A stretch of 18,920 bases of DNA from Octopus sinensis (GCF_006345805.1 NW_021824410.1:1-18920), one strand, 5' to 3'; shown: positions 1 to 11,285, counted from the first letter of the stretch. Numbers and translations are program-made. The notes: generated by a model from the sequence alone, not told the origin.

Positions 1-326
1 CGCGTAGGTATAGGTATGTGTTAGTATAAGAATATGTATGCATATATGTGTGCGTGTGTGTATGTATGTATATATATGTGGGTGTGTTTGTGTGTGAGCG
101 GATATATATGTATATGAAGACAAAATAGGATAATTCTCCCCTTATACAGCACAACTAATTAGCGCTCTAATCGAGCATGAGGCAAATAAAACCAAGAAAG
201 AGAGGACAAATTTCAGCAGTCAGTGTTCTTTATCTCTCAATATATTTCACAGCATTGGAATACCTCACAACATGCATAGGTGCATTCATGTATATACATG
301 TGAATGTGTATATATATATATATATA

Positions 327-358
<32 letters not shown>

Positions 359-367
359 ATATATATA

Positions 368-401
<34 letters not shown>

Positions 402-430
402 TATTATATATATATATATTATATACATAC

Positions 431-462
<32 letters not shown>

Positions 463-585
463 GTATGTGTGTATGTATGTATGTATATATATACACACAC
501 CACACACATAATATATAGATAGATAGATAGATAATACATACATACATACATACATACAGACATACCACCTACATACATACATATA

Positions 586-1614
586 TCTCTATATATATAA
601 AACTGAGAATGTGTGTCTGTCTGTCTATCTGTCTGTGTGTTTCCCTAAAACTTGAGAACTACACAACCAATTTCATTCAAACTTTACACATGCCTTACTA
701 GGGTCCATGTAGTTTCATGGGCAAAAAATGTTCAACTTCTTGCCTAGAGCGAGCCCATAGCAATATCATATCTTCTCCACTATTTCAGTATTACGTGTTA
801 AAAGTGAAACAAAAACATTTCTCTATTTTATATCAGATACTTTCACTTTAACAATAAAAATAATAATAACAATTGAATTATATGTAGTAAGTATATTAAA
901 ATCAAACTAAAGTATAATATAATCGTAACATAACCAAAGTAAAAATAGCAATTGGTATAAATTGCATCAATGACTTGAACTTGAATAAGTGGTTTCACAT
1001 GAATGGGAATAAATTAAAAATAAAATTAGCGTGCAGAAATGGAATAGTCCAGATGGATACTAAAAAATTAAATTAAAGAAAAGACTATTGTCTATAAAGT
1101 ATACAATGTAGAGAAAAAAGATTTGAACACATGGAGGAAAGCACCTTCGAAAAGTGTCTTGGTGCGACTATGAAAGGTATCTAATCAGAGGCAGTAAATT
1201 CGCCACAATAGAAGTAAGGTTCGAGTCAACGGAGCGTGCAAGGGAGTACTCGACTCGAACATTGCAAAGTGGAAATATTTTTTATTTTTACCATTATATC
1301 TGGGACGTAGGAGGTCCCGGATAAAAAATTTAAATGTCCCCCTAGAAGTAGAGGTAGGCTGGATTTTAGCCACACTTCTATACAAGAGGTAGAACAGATA
1401 CAATTGATCGAAATTACAAGAGACCGGCTAACAATTCCAGTCTGTTATATATTTTGAGTATTGTTATCACTAGCGATATCAAGATATAAGTTTGTATTTT
1501 GTATTTTATGTGTAGATGTGTATATATAGATGTACATGTAATATGTACACATATATATGCACATATATACATGCACTACTACTATGACCCTGCAACGACG
1601 GGTCATAATGCTAG
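586..1614 (+). mobile_element. Non-autonomous Helitron (rolling-circle transposon), apparently with both termini
   Basis: The 5' end is A|TCTCTATATATATAAAACTGAGAATGTGTGTCTGTCTG (TC start after A, followed by a short GTCT microsatellite typical of invertebrate Helitron 5' ends). The 3' end has the hairpin TATGACCC-tgcaacgac-GGGTCATA (1583-1607), then ATG and CTAG|T (1611-1615). It sits between A and T with no target-site duplication. No Rep/helicase ORF. Confidence 0.8.
1078..1400 (+). pseudogene. Frameshifted coding-like relic inside the Helitron, possibly a non-LTR retrotransposon ORF1 fragment
   Basis: Adjacent frames read KTIVYKVYNVEKKDL / YLIRGSKFATIEVRFESTERAREYSTRTLQSG / FLPLYLGRRRSRIKNLNVPLEVEVGWILATLL. 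This is complex, protein-like sequence within AT-rich DNA. The ORF1 assignment is recollection only and needs a homology search. Confidence 0.3.
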
Positions 1615-1632
1615 TATATATATATATATATT

Positions 1633-1735
1633 CACCGTGATCACAGTGACCGACCAGGCTATCAGATGTTGCTACACATCGCTGATCACAATGCGCTTCG
1701 CATTGATTTAGCCTTCAAATGACGCCACCCCGCTG
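1633..1735 (-). mobile_element. Probable 3' tail fragment of a second interspersed repeat (SINE) family
   Basis: A GC-richer island between (TA)n and (TATG)n tracts with three small inverted repeats (1633-1648, 1665-1680, 1689-1705). It resembles, from memory, the reverse complement of an octopus SINE 3' region. No second copy in this window confirms it. Confidence 0.45.
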
Positions 1736-2994
1736 TATGTATATATATATGTATGTATTATGCATGTATGTATGTATGTATGTATAAGTAAATGTGTATA
1801 TAGATAGATAGACAGATAGATATGTAGTTAAGTAAATTTAACAGGTGAACTTTAAAGAAAATAAATGCAGAATATTGGGAAAAATCGAAAGCTATGTGTG
1901 GAAATCGAAGCCCTGATTTATTTCCATTGAAGTATATTTTTCACTCGGCATTTATTCACTATTGTTTATAACTTCATCTGTTTAGAGTTCTGCCATTAAA
2001 ATAATTCAAAAAAATTCACGCAGTATCTGAATTCTTATAACGCGTGTGTACGTGTGTGTATGTGCTTGTGTGCGCGCGCGCGTTTGTAAGTGTGTGTGTG
2101 GTGGTGGTGGGGGGTATGCACGTGCGTTTGAGCTTGCTTTAAGGCGAAGTTCCTTGAATTCAAATTTTAGAAAATCAACATCTGTTGAGCGGTGGAATTA
2201 TTCTACCAGTGTCATCTCTGACTCACACTCAAATGGTAGTTTATTGTCAGAAATGGGGACGAAATTTTCCCCGATTTAGAACAGAGCTTGATTTTACCCA
2301 CCATTAATACAGCTTTATTTTTCTCTTTTTAATCGTAACATTCACATACCGTACACCATCCATTTTATCACTTCCTTTCTGCCTTCAACAACGTAGAATA
2401 GTTTTTATTGTTCCTTCAGGGGTCAATGGAATTGTGGTAGATTCTAAATAATGAGATGAAAGTTCAAAGTTAGATGAAGGATAGAATTTAACCGTACATT
2501 ATAGTTACATGAAAAGTTATCTTTCACAAACACACAATCCCCTTCTCGCTCTCGCTCTCTCCTCCCCTCTCTCTCTCTCTCTCATTCCCTCTCTATCTTT
2601 CCTTTTCTCTCTGTTTTATTTGGAGTCCATTGCTATTTGTTTCAGTCTTCAATGCAAATCTTAATGTGAAACTTCACAGTTTGTTGATGTTAACTTCTAC
2701 CTATATTGTTATAGAGACACGTTTCCTTCTACCGACATCTCATTGATGGTCCTCCTAAATAATAATATTTAGCAACTTTAAGTGAGAACTACTGAAAGTG
2801 AGAAGTATAGAAACCTCACGTTTTCAAACTTACATTTCTATTTTGCATATCAGCAACCAAAACAAACAAAAAATGCGGAAAAAATATGTAGAAGAAATAT
2901 AGTTAACAACCACCACCCAACAACAACAGCAGTAATATTAGGTACAAATGCTACCAACACACTTTCTACAGCTGTTACCATTACAACTAGTGCC

Positions 2995-3013
2995 GCTGCT
3001 TCTGCTGCTGCTA

Positions 3014-3088
<75 letters not shown>

Positions 3089-3261
3089 ATGCTACTACTA
3101 CAACTACTACTACTACTGTCACTAGTATTACTACTACTACTACTACTACTAATGCTACTACTACTACAACTATTACTAGTATTACTACTACTACTAATGC
3201 TGCTACTACTACTACTACTACTGCTACTACTACTACTACTACTACACTATACTACTACTAC

Positions 3262-3306
<45 letters not shown>
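2995..3306. repeat. Compound trinucleotide microsatellite (GCT)n-(ACT)n-(AAT)n
   Basis: Directly visible. It explains the poly-T/L/Y/N/V ORFs at 2782-3364. Confidence 0.97.
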
Positions 3307-3307
<1 letters not shown>

Positions 3308-3691
3308 GGTTTCAAGTTTTGGTACAACGCCAGCATAAGCAACTCCAACAACTATTGGTTGTAACCACCCCTACTGCCGCAGCCACCGCCGATGCTGCTG
3401 CTGCTGCTGCTACGGCGACTGCCCTTGCGCAACTTTTGACAAACGGGCTGACAGAGCAAAAGAGACAGACCAGCGGCAATTTTAGCCGAGAAACACGGAG
3501 TAGAGCCGCGGTGGATGAGGAAGAGAGGGTGGTGGTCGCTGATGTGGTGGGCGGGGAGGATCTCGTGAGTTCATGTTTCTTGGCACAACCAGAACTCCCC
3601 GAGGAGTATCATTCTTCACCTCTTCTCACTTTACCGCCGAGCGTTGCTTTTCCTTTTTGAATGAGAGGACGACACGATGTATTTGGAGACG

Positions 3692-3878
3692 AGAAGAAGA
3701 AGAAGAAGAAGAAGAAGAAGAAGAAGAAGAAGAAGAAGAAGAGAAGAAGAAGAAGGAGAAGAAGAAGAAGAAGAAGAAGAAGAAGAAGGAGGAGGAGAAG
3801 AAGAAGAAGAAGAAGAAGAAGAAGAAGAAGAAGATGATGAAGAAGAAGAAGAAGAAGATGATGAAGAAGAAGATGAAG
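3692..3878. repeat. (GAA)n microsatellite with GGA/GAT variants
   Basis: Directly visible. It explains the poly-E/K/R/F/S/L ORFs at 3573-4066. Confidence 0.97.
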
Positions 3879-3938
3879 ACACGATGCCAGTGAGGAAAAA
3901 CAAAAAACGAAAAATAACAACGGGAAACCAAAGGCAAT

Positions 3939-4091
3939 ATGCAGCGTTTGTTGGTAGTGATAGTGGAGGTGGTGGCGTCGTGCTGTCTATTGGTGGCGGT
4001 GGAGAGGGGACTGACGCTTAAAGAGCAAATTGTAAGAGTAAACTTCCACGGAAGAATCTTAACCATGATCGATCTGCATGGCTATGGCCAG
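3939..4091 (+). CDS. Candidate first coding exon of a secreted or membrane protein (51 codons, phase-0 donor)
   Basis: ATG at 3939 with A at -3 (gcaatATGc) and an in-frame stop upstream at 3915. Translation: MQRLLVVIVEVVASCCLLVAVERG-LTLKEQIVRVNFHGRILTMIDLHGYGQ. It shows a basic N-terminus, a hydrophobic core and small residues near a possible cleavage site, then non-repetitive sequence ending exactly at CAG|GTAAAT. Unspliced it is only 57 aa, so it is absent from the ORF track. Family not recognised. Confidence 0.45.
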
Positions 4092-4269
4092 GTAAATTAT
4101 GAGACGCTATAAGGTGAGGAAGCAGTTAGCACCCTTGCCTTACACCTATTCACGCTTTCAAACCCGACACGCTGATAATTTCCCATCAGAACGACATTTT
4201 TCAAAAAAGGCAGTTTGGGGATCTTGAAATAGGTGGTTGGGGAGGTTCGGGTTTCGGGGTTCAGGATTT

Positions 4270-4305
4270 GGGTGTTGGGGTGGGGCGGGGCGGGGGCGGT
4301 GGGGG
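4270..4305 (+). promoter_or_regulatory. G-quadruplex-forming motif overlapping GC boxes (GGGGCGGGG)
   Basis: GGG-tgtt-GGGG-t-GGGG-c-GGGG-c-GGGGG-cggt-GGGGG gives six G-tracts, several with 1-nt loops. It lies in a GC/CpG-rich island about 180 bp downstream of the candidate donor. Confidence 0.6.
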
Positions 4306-4427
4306 AAATCAATGGGCAGAGTGGAGTTGTCTGGAGGTGGGTGGGTATGTAGTTGGCTACAGCTTGAAACTGTCGACACACCGCCACCAGCATAAGATGC
4401 CGGCGGCATCGCTGTCTCTTCGCAGCT

Positions 4428-4447
4428 ACGTCATCATCATCATCATC

Positions 4448-4481
<34 letters not shown>

Positions 4482-4527
4482 CCACCACCATCATCATCAT
4501 CATCATCATCATCACCATCACCACCAC

Positions 4528-4567
<40 letters not shown>

Positions 4568-4572
4568 TTCAC

Positions 4573-4625
<53 letters not shown>

Positions 4626-4644
4626 CCACCATCATCACCATCAT

Positions 4645-4676
<32 letters not shown>

Positions 4677-4748
4677 TCATCATTATCATCATAATCATCA
4701 CCATCATCACAATCATCATCAAGTTCATCACTTTTGTCGACATCATCA
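4428..4748. repeat. (CAT)n/(CAC)n microsatellite
   Basis: Directly visible. It explains the poly-D/M/I ORFs. Confidence 0.97.
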
Positions 4749-4780
4749 CTACTGCCGTTGACTTCGCCATTATCACTATA

Positions 4781-5228
4781 GGCGTAGGAATGGCTGTGTG
4801 GTAAGAAGCTTGCTTCCCAACCACATGGTTCCGGGTTCAGTCCCACTGCATGGCACCTTGGGAAGGTGTCTTCTACTTCAGCCTCGGGGCGACAAAAGCC
4901 TTTTAGGTGGATTTGGTAGACGGAAACTGAAAAGAAGTCCGTCGTATATGTGTGTGTGTGTGTATACATGTGTGTGTATGTGTATACATATGTGTATTAC
5001 AATATGTGTGTACGTGAGTGTGTGCGCGCGCGTTTGTGTGTCGGTGTTTACCGCCTTCCACTGCTTGACAAGTGGTATTGAGGTGTTTACGTCCGTATAA
5101 ACTAGCGGTTCAGCAAAAGAAACCGATAGAATAAGTACCAGACTTTAAAAAAATAAGATTCATTCGACTAAGAATGTAAGGTTGAGCTCCAGCATGGCAG
5201 CAGTCTTCTGACTAAAACTGGTAAAAGA
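4781..5228 (+). mobile_element. Full-length tRNA-derived CORE-type SINE
   Basis: The head GGCGTAGGAATGGCTGTGTGG...GGTTCAGTCCC carries Pol III A- and B-box-like motifs, followed by a CORE-like GGCACCTTGGG(A)AGGTGTC, an internal (TG)n spacer and a tail ending ...CAGCATGGC...GACTAAAACTGGTAAAAGA. It aligns by eye with the copies at 9200, 10696 and 13605. Confidence 0.9.
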
Positions 5229-5658
5229 GAGAAGGCAAACGTTTTCGCAGCTTCGCCGTAGTCTTCCTCCTCATCTTCAACGTCGTCGTCGTTGTCCTCC
5301 TCCTCTTCCTCCTCCTCTTCTACCTTTTCATCCGCCTCGCCCTCTCTTCACCCCACCATTCATCGTCCTCATTCTTAACTACGCAGCCATCGCTCCTTGC
5401 CGGCGAACAGAACTTTTGAGAAGGAATTACAAAAAAGAATCTACGTATGGCGGGAATGACAGAATAAGACGACTGGAGAATAAAAGAATGAAAGAATGAG
5501 GAGAATAAAAGGAAGTAGCTTTGTTACAAATTGTGTGTGTGTGTTGAATGAACAAATTTCAATGTGTGTATGTGATTCTTTTATGCGTGGCTATATATGT
5601 ATATATTCATGTATATATAATATATACATGTGTGCGTGTGTGTATGGAGGAGAAGCTT

Positions 5659-5659
5659 G

Positions 5660-5744
<85 letters not shown>

Positions 5745-5779
5745 TATATATATTATATATATATATATATATATAATAT
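5659..5779. repeat. (TA)n microsatellite
   Basis: Directly visible. Confidence 0.97.
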
Positions 5780-6150
5780 AAATGCGTGTAAGCGTATGTC
5801 TGTGTAGCGAAGAAGTCACAATATCAAAGTCCCAAGTGCATGAAAAGCCAGAGGCATCAAAAAGGGAAAATTAACCTCCAATACGAGAAAATAAGGAAAA
5901 CGAAAGCGAAACTAGAAAACAGATTTTGTTGCCATGTTGTCGTTATCGTTGTTTTACTGCTGCTGCTGCCGCTGTTGTTGTTGTTGTTGTTGTTATTGTT
6001 GTTGCATCGTTTGTTTGTCCAACGTGTAATCTTTGTTCATTGGTTGTGATGCTGTTTTGATGATTGTAAGTTCCTCTATATACTAGTGTATATATTCTTG
6101 TATATATATATATATAATATATATGTGTGTGTGTGTATGTGTGTGTGTGT

Positions 6151-6187
<37 letters not shown>

Positions 6188-6952
6188 ATGCGTAAACATA
6201 CACACACACACGCGCGTATATATGCATATAGATATATGTATATGTTATTGTATGTATGTAGGTGCATGCATATACATACCTCTATAACTTAACATTCGTA
6301 TGTGTGTGTGTGTGAGTGTGTATGTATGTATGTATCTATGTATGTATGCATATATCTTTTTGCACGTATGATTGTATATATTTTCAGTCTTGTCTCATTA
6401 GATGTGGCCGAGCGTATGCGTAAGCTTATTTAAATATCAATATATATACATATATATATGTATATATACGTTTCTATGTATGGAGTGTGTATATACTTAC
6501 ACACGCGCACACGACACACACACAACACACACACACACATTCAAGTATATACACAATATATAGTTTTATGTTTGTGTGATATTTGTATGTCGTATATATA
6601 TATATATGTGTGTTTGTACTTATGTATGTATATGTCTATGTATGTGTTTGTGGAGGAGGGGCAGAGAGAGGAGGGGCAGTGAAGGAGGGAGTGTAAATAT
6701 GTGTGTGTGAATGTGTGGCTGTGTGTTTATAAATCTGGGAATCTGGGAGTTGAATAAGTTTGAGTAGTAAGTTCAATGAAGACTGCTTCAGGCTGACTCT
6801 ACGGTGCTTCGGTTTAGGTCTGTGAGTGAAATCTGCAATGTAAAACAATGTAAAATAATGCCAACGTAATAAGGTGAATCTTAACAAAACAGACAAGGCA
6901 CGGCCCCACACACCTTGAGGCGAGAAACATGCACCTCTGAGTCTAAGACAGC

Positions 6953-7290
6953 CACCACCACCACCACCACAAAACAACAACGCCGTTACCACCACCATCA
7001 CCACCACCATCGTCACCATCGTGAACAACAACAATAACACCACCACCACCACCACCACAAAACAACAACGCCGTTACCACCACCATCACCACCACCACCG
7101 TCACCATCGTGAACAACAACAATAACACCAACATCAGTTCCACCACCACCACAACCACCACCACAAAACAACAACGCCGTTACCACCACCATCACCACCA
7201 CCACCATCGTGAACAACAACAATAACATCACCATCAGTTCCACCACCGCCACCACAACCACCACCACCGTCACCACAACCACCACCAGCA
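6953..7290. repeat. Three-copy composite tandem repeat built from CAC/AAC triplets
   Basis: The anchor AAAACAACAACGCCGTTACCACC recurs at 6971, 7059 and 7165 (spacings 88 and 106 bp), each followed by ATCGTGAACAACAACAATAACA. Confidence 0.9.
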
Positions 7291-7828
7291 CCTCCATCAT
7301 CATTATCATCATCATCACTATTATTGTAGTTGTTCTTACTATTGTTCGTTGCTGTTTTAGTTTTCGTTGTTTATTTGTTTTATTTACTGTAGTTTTGTTT
7401 TGTTTTGTTTGTTTGTTTCACTATCGATATGGTGTTATTATCATTAACGTTATCCTCCTCCCCGCCATCATAGTCGCCATCTTCATCAGCTTAATCCTTA
7501 TCATCAACATTATTATCGTCATCGTCATCCCCTTCTGCCTCCTCTTAATCCTCCTCATTGTTAGCTTAGTCGTTATCATCATAGTCACCACCACCACCAC
7601 CACCACCGCCGCCGCCGCCATCATAATCATCACTATCACAATCATCATCATCATCGTCATCATCATCATCGTCATCGTCGTCATCATCGTCATCACTATC
7701 ACAATCATCATCATCATCGTCGTCATCATCATCATCATCATCATCGTCGTTGTCGTCGTCATCATCATCATCATCATCATCGTCGTCGTCGTCGTCGTCG
7801 TCATCATCATCACCATCATCATCATCAT
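7290..7828. repeat. Degenerate (CAT/CGT/CAC/TTG)n triplet region
   Basis: Directly visible low-complexity triplets. Confidence 0.85.
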
Positions 7829-8124
7829 GCCTTATTTTTAAGAAAGCACGGGGGATCCTTCTTGAATTATAAAATCAAACGCTAACATCAAATCGGAGAT
7901 GTGGAGGCACATCGCATTGAGTCCCTGCCTAGTGGGGGCTATGGTTGGGGCGCGGTTGGATGTTTCTATTGCATACTTTTTTTATACATCTTTACCGGTG
8001 TGTATCTACATATGTATGCATGGTTTTCATTTTATGTGTATGCCTGTGTATTACAAAACGTATGACCAGGAATGCACACATACACATGCACATAGACACG
8101 TATGTGTGTGTATGTATGAGTGCA

Positions 8125-8233
8125 TAGATAGACAGATAGATAGACAGATAGATAGACAGATAGATAGACAGATAGATAGACAGATAGATAGATAGATAGA
8201 TAGATAGACAGATAGATAGACAGATAGATAGAC

Positions 8234-8268
<35 letters not shown>

Positions 8269-8281
8269 CAGATAGATAGAC

Positions 8282-8329
<48 letters not shown>

Positions 8330-8369
8330 TGATTGATAGATAGATAGACAGATAGATAGATAGATAGAC

Positions 8370-8432
<63 letters not shown>

Positions 8433-8476
8433 TAGACAGACATATATATATAGATAGACAGACAGATAGATAGATA
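8125..8476. repeat. (GATA)n/(GACA)n tetranucleotide microsatellite
   Basis: Directly visible. Confidence 0.97.
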
Positions 8477-9199
8477 TACACACATATCTATGAGTGTGCG
8501 CATATATATATCCATCTATACACCTACACACGCGTACACACATATACATATACAGGCATACATACATACATACAAACATGCATGTAAGTGTGTATATAGA
8601 CACAGCTACCTACGTGTATGTAGATGTGTTTGTAAACGTTTGAGCGTTCCTTTGCTTATGTCTAAATGCGCGTTTTTTGTGAAAGAAACGTTGAAGAAAG
8701 ACAAATGTATAAAGAAACAAATGGAAGATAAAATTTTAAACAAAAATGACTGACGTATGATTATTGAAGAGAGAGAAAGCGGATGAGAGCTCCAGAGAAT
8801 GCAAGGACTTATGTGTATGTTAGCGCTTGTGTACGTATGCATGTATGCATAGACACACACATGCAAACACATACATACGTACATACATATACATATGCAG
8901 AGATGGATACGTAAATATTTGTGTACACACGCGCGCGCGCTCACAGACATATATTTGCATATATTTACACACGTCCACTGGCAAACAAATACAAGCACCT
9001 ATACATACATAATATACACGTGTGTGTGTGTGTGTGTGTGTGTACTTACACATATATTCAAATACGTGTTCCGATATTTATGTGTGTGTGTGTGTGTGTG
9101 TGGGCGGGTGCACGCATGCGCACGACTGAGTGTGTGTATATTTATGAAATATGTGCCCGTATTAGAAGAGATAAGATAAAATTATGAAGGAAATAGATA

Positions 9200-9735
9200 G
9201 GCGCAGGAATGAAAGTGTGGTAAGTAGCTTGCTTACCAGCCACATGGTTCCAGGTTCAGTCCTACTGCGTGGCACCTTGGGCAAGTGTCTTCTACTATAG
9301 CCTCGGGTCGACCAAAGCCCTGTAAGTGAATTTGGTAGTTGGAAACTGAAAGAAGCCTGTTATGTGTATATATTCATATGTCAAAAGGCTGCCTTATAAC
9401 ACTACTCCACATATACAAAAACAGCCATACCAACAATCCAACATACCTCCATCATCAGCTGCCAAACGGATATCATTATGGTTTCGACACCTGGGCAGTA
9501 CCATTCAATCAACAGCACTAAAATAAGTGTTGCTTGTGTGTGTGTATGTCTTTGTGTCTGTGTTTGTTCCCTATTCCCGCTTGACAACAGGTGTTGGTGT
9601 GTTTACCCAGCAACTTGGGAGTTCGGCAAAAGAGCTTAATAAGTACTGGGGTCGATTCATTCGAATAAAAATTCTTCTGGATGGAGCCCCAGCATGACCG
9701 CAGTCTAATGACTGAAACAAGTAAAAGATTAAAGA
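9200..9735 (+). mobile_element. CORE-type SINE copy with a ~150 bp unrelated insertion in its central spacer
   Basis: Head GGCGCAGGAAT...GGTTCAGTCC, CORE GGCACCTTGGGCAAGTGTC, and tail ...CAGCATGACCGCAGTCTAATGACTGAAACAAGTAAAAGA. The segment 9381-9533 is absent from the other copies. Confidence 0.9.
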
Positions 9736-10030
9736 TATCTGTGTGTAACAAAAGAAGCGCAAATAACAATAGCTGTAACAAGAGCAAGAACAATCACAAC
9801 CATTACAAGAACACAATGGCGACGCCAACGCCATCTGTTTCCAAGACGCCTTCATTTCATAGCATGAAAGAACAGCCAAAGAAGTGAAAACTTACTGAAG
9901 GCCAACAGCCAAGTATTTTAAATAAGGAAGGGTCACTTTAGATTTTCTTTACCTGTAGACCCCACCGATTTTATTTTACTCAGGTGGACCCCCTATATAT
10001 ACATATGACGATGGGATTGCATAGATGAGA

Positions 10031-10102
10031 AGGCACTTGGCCCAGTGGTTAGAACATCCGGCTCACGATCATGAGGTAGTGAGTTCGATTTCCGGACCTG
10101 GC
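10031..10102 (+). mobile_element. tRNA-like SINE head fragment of a different family
   Basis: A-box TGGCCCAGTGG (10038-10048) and B-box GAGTTCGATTTCC (10081-10093). It does not form a complete cloverleaf and no SINE body follows. Confidence 0.65.
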
Positions 10103-10382
10103 ATGTTGTCGTTATCGTTGTTTTACTGTAATTTGTAAGTGTTTTCCTGCAAAAATTTGTGGAAATCTCACCTGTTGTCTAAGACAGAAAAGTTTAGGAT
10201 GTATAACATGACGGAGAATGAAACGTCTGGAGGGTCGTATCTGGAACATCTTTGATGAAAAGTAAGTGTGCAGTGTCAAGATTGATCTGTAGCTAAAATA
10301 ACAATTATAGTAACAACAACAACAAGCATACACCAACAGAATGAATGTTGGAGGAAAAGCTTGCCCGGGCCATCATGCTTAT

Positions 10383-10478
10383 AGAGACGTGGCTGTGTGG
10401 TTTAGCTGTTTGTTAAATTATGTGGTTGCAAGTTCAATTTCACTTCACAGTACTTTGGTAAGGTTACTTTTACTAGTA
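10383..10478 (+). mobile_element. Highly diverged SINE head fragment
   Basis: GTGGCTGTGTGGTT...TGTGGTTGCAAGTTCAATTTCACT...ACTTTGGTAAGG aligns loosely with the head and CORE of the 4781/9200 family. Confidence 0.5.
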
Positions 10479-10661
10479 TTCATATCTATATCTATATATA
10501 ACCGAAGAGATGGTGTTGTGGGTTTCCACTTCGGCATCTGAAACTCAGAGTTTTATCTTGACTATCGATTAATGGTAACATATTAATTTACAGATAAATT
10601 TCCTCTATTTACATAATATTGAGATCTCTTTCTTTCTTTTGTTATCTTACCGTTTTTACCA

Positions 10662-10695
<34 letters not shown>

Positions 10696-10699
<4 letters not shown>

Positions 10700-11128
10700 G
10701 GTTCCGGGTTCAGTCCTACAGTATGGCACATTCGGTCATACAGTAGTCTTCTACTATAGACCTCGGATCGACCAGTGCCGAATGAGTGGATTTGGTAGAG
10801 GGAAACCGAAGGAAGATCGTCGTATATACGTATGTGTGTGTGTACGTGTGTGTGTCTATGTCTGTATTTGTGTGTGCGCGTGCGGGCGAATCTTTCTTTG
10901 CGTCTGTTTGTCCGCCACCATCGCTTGACAAGTGATGTTGGTATGTTTACGTCCTCGTCAAATAGCGGTTTGGCCAAAAATACCGATATAAAATATCTCG
11001 CAAGCTTAAAAAAAAACACAAAATAAAACAGAAACAGGAAATACTAGTGTCGATTAATGCGATTTCCTGAAGGCGGTGCTCCAGCATGGCCGCAGTCTGA
11101 CGACTGAATCAAGTAAAAGATTAGAGAT
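10696..11128 (+). mobile_element. 5'-truncated CORE-type SINE copy
   Basis: Starts at ACATGGTTCCGGGTTCAGTCC right after a (TA)n tract (B-box kept, A-box lost) and continues through the spacer and tail to GACTGAATCAAGTAAAAGA. Confidence 0.88.
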
Positions 11129-11201
11129 AAAAGAAGGAAATAAAGAAGATGGCAATTTCGTTAAAAGTTCTTCTGCAACCAACAAACCGACCGCTCGGAC
11201 A

Positions 11202-11202
<1 letters not shown>

Positions 11203-11258
<56 letters not shown>

Positions 11259-11285
11259 ACCAGCCATCCAGCCAGCCAACCAGCC
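11203..11285. repeat. (CCAG)n tetranucleotide microsatellite
   Basis: Directly visible. It explains the ASQP/LAGW ORFs. Confidence 0.95.

Noticed and set aside
3319-3660. 113 aa GC-rich ORF with a poly-Ala run
   Set aside because: It starts at a non-ATG codon, has no recognisable domain, has no good splice acceptor and is flanked by microsatellites. It is more plausibly UTR or promoter sequence, although coding cannot be excluded.
4097-4969. 290 aa minus-strand acidic ORF
   Set aside because: The N-terminus is the antisense SINE head (the same peptide, RCHAVGLNPEPCGW, appears in ORF 13788-14312) and the middle is the (CAT)n repeat.
6953-7290. CRISPR-like repeat-spacer array
   Set aside because: The context is eukaryotic, the 'spacers' are themselves repeated low-complexity triplets, and there are no cas genes.
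9452-9486. Third functional hammerhead on the minus strand
   Set aside because: Both core words are present, but no consistent stem I, II and III can be formed for type I, II or III topology.
10031-10102. Possible tRNA gene
   Set aside because: A and B boxes are present but the acceptor and anticodon stems do not pair convincingly, so it is better explained as a SINE head.
10170-10267. Possible internal exon ending at AA|GTAAGT
   Set aside because: The donor is good, but no acceptor with a convincing polypyrimidine tract gives a stop-free frame, and the peptides are unrecognisable.
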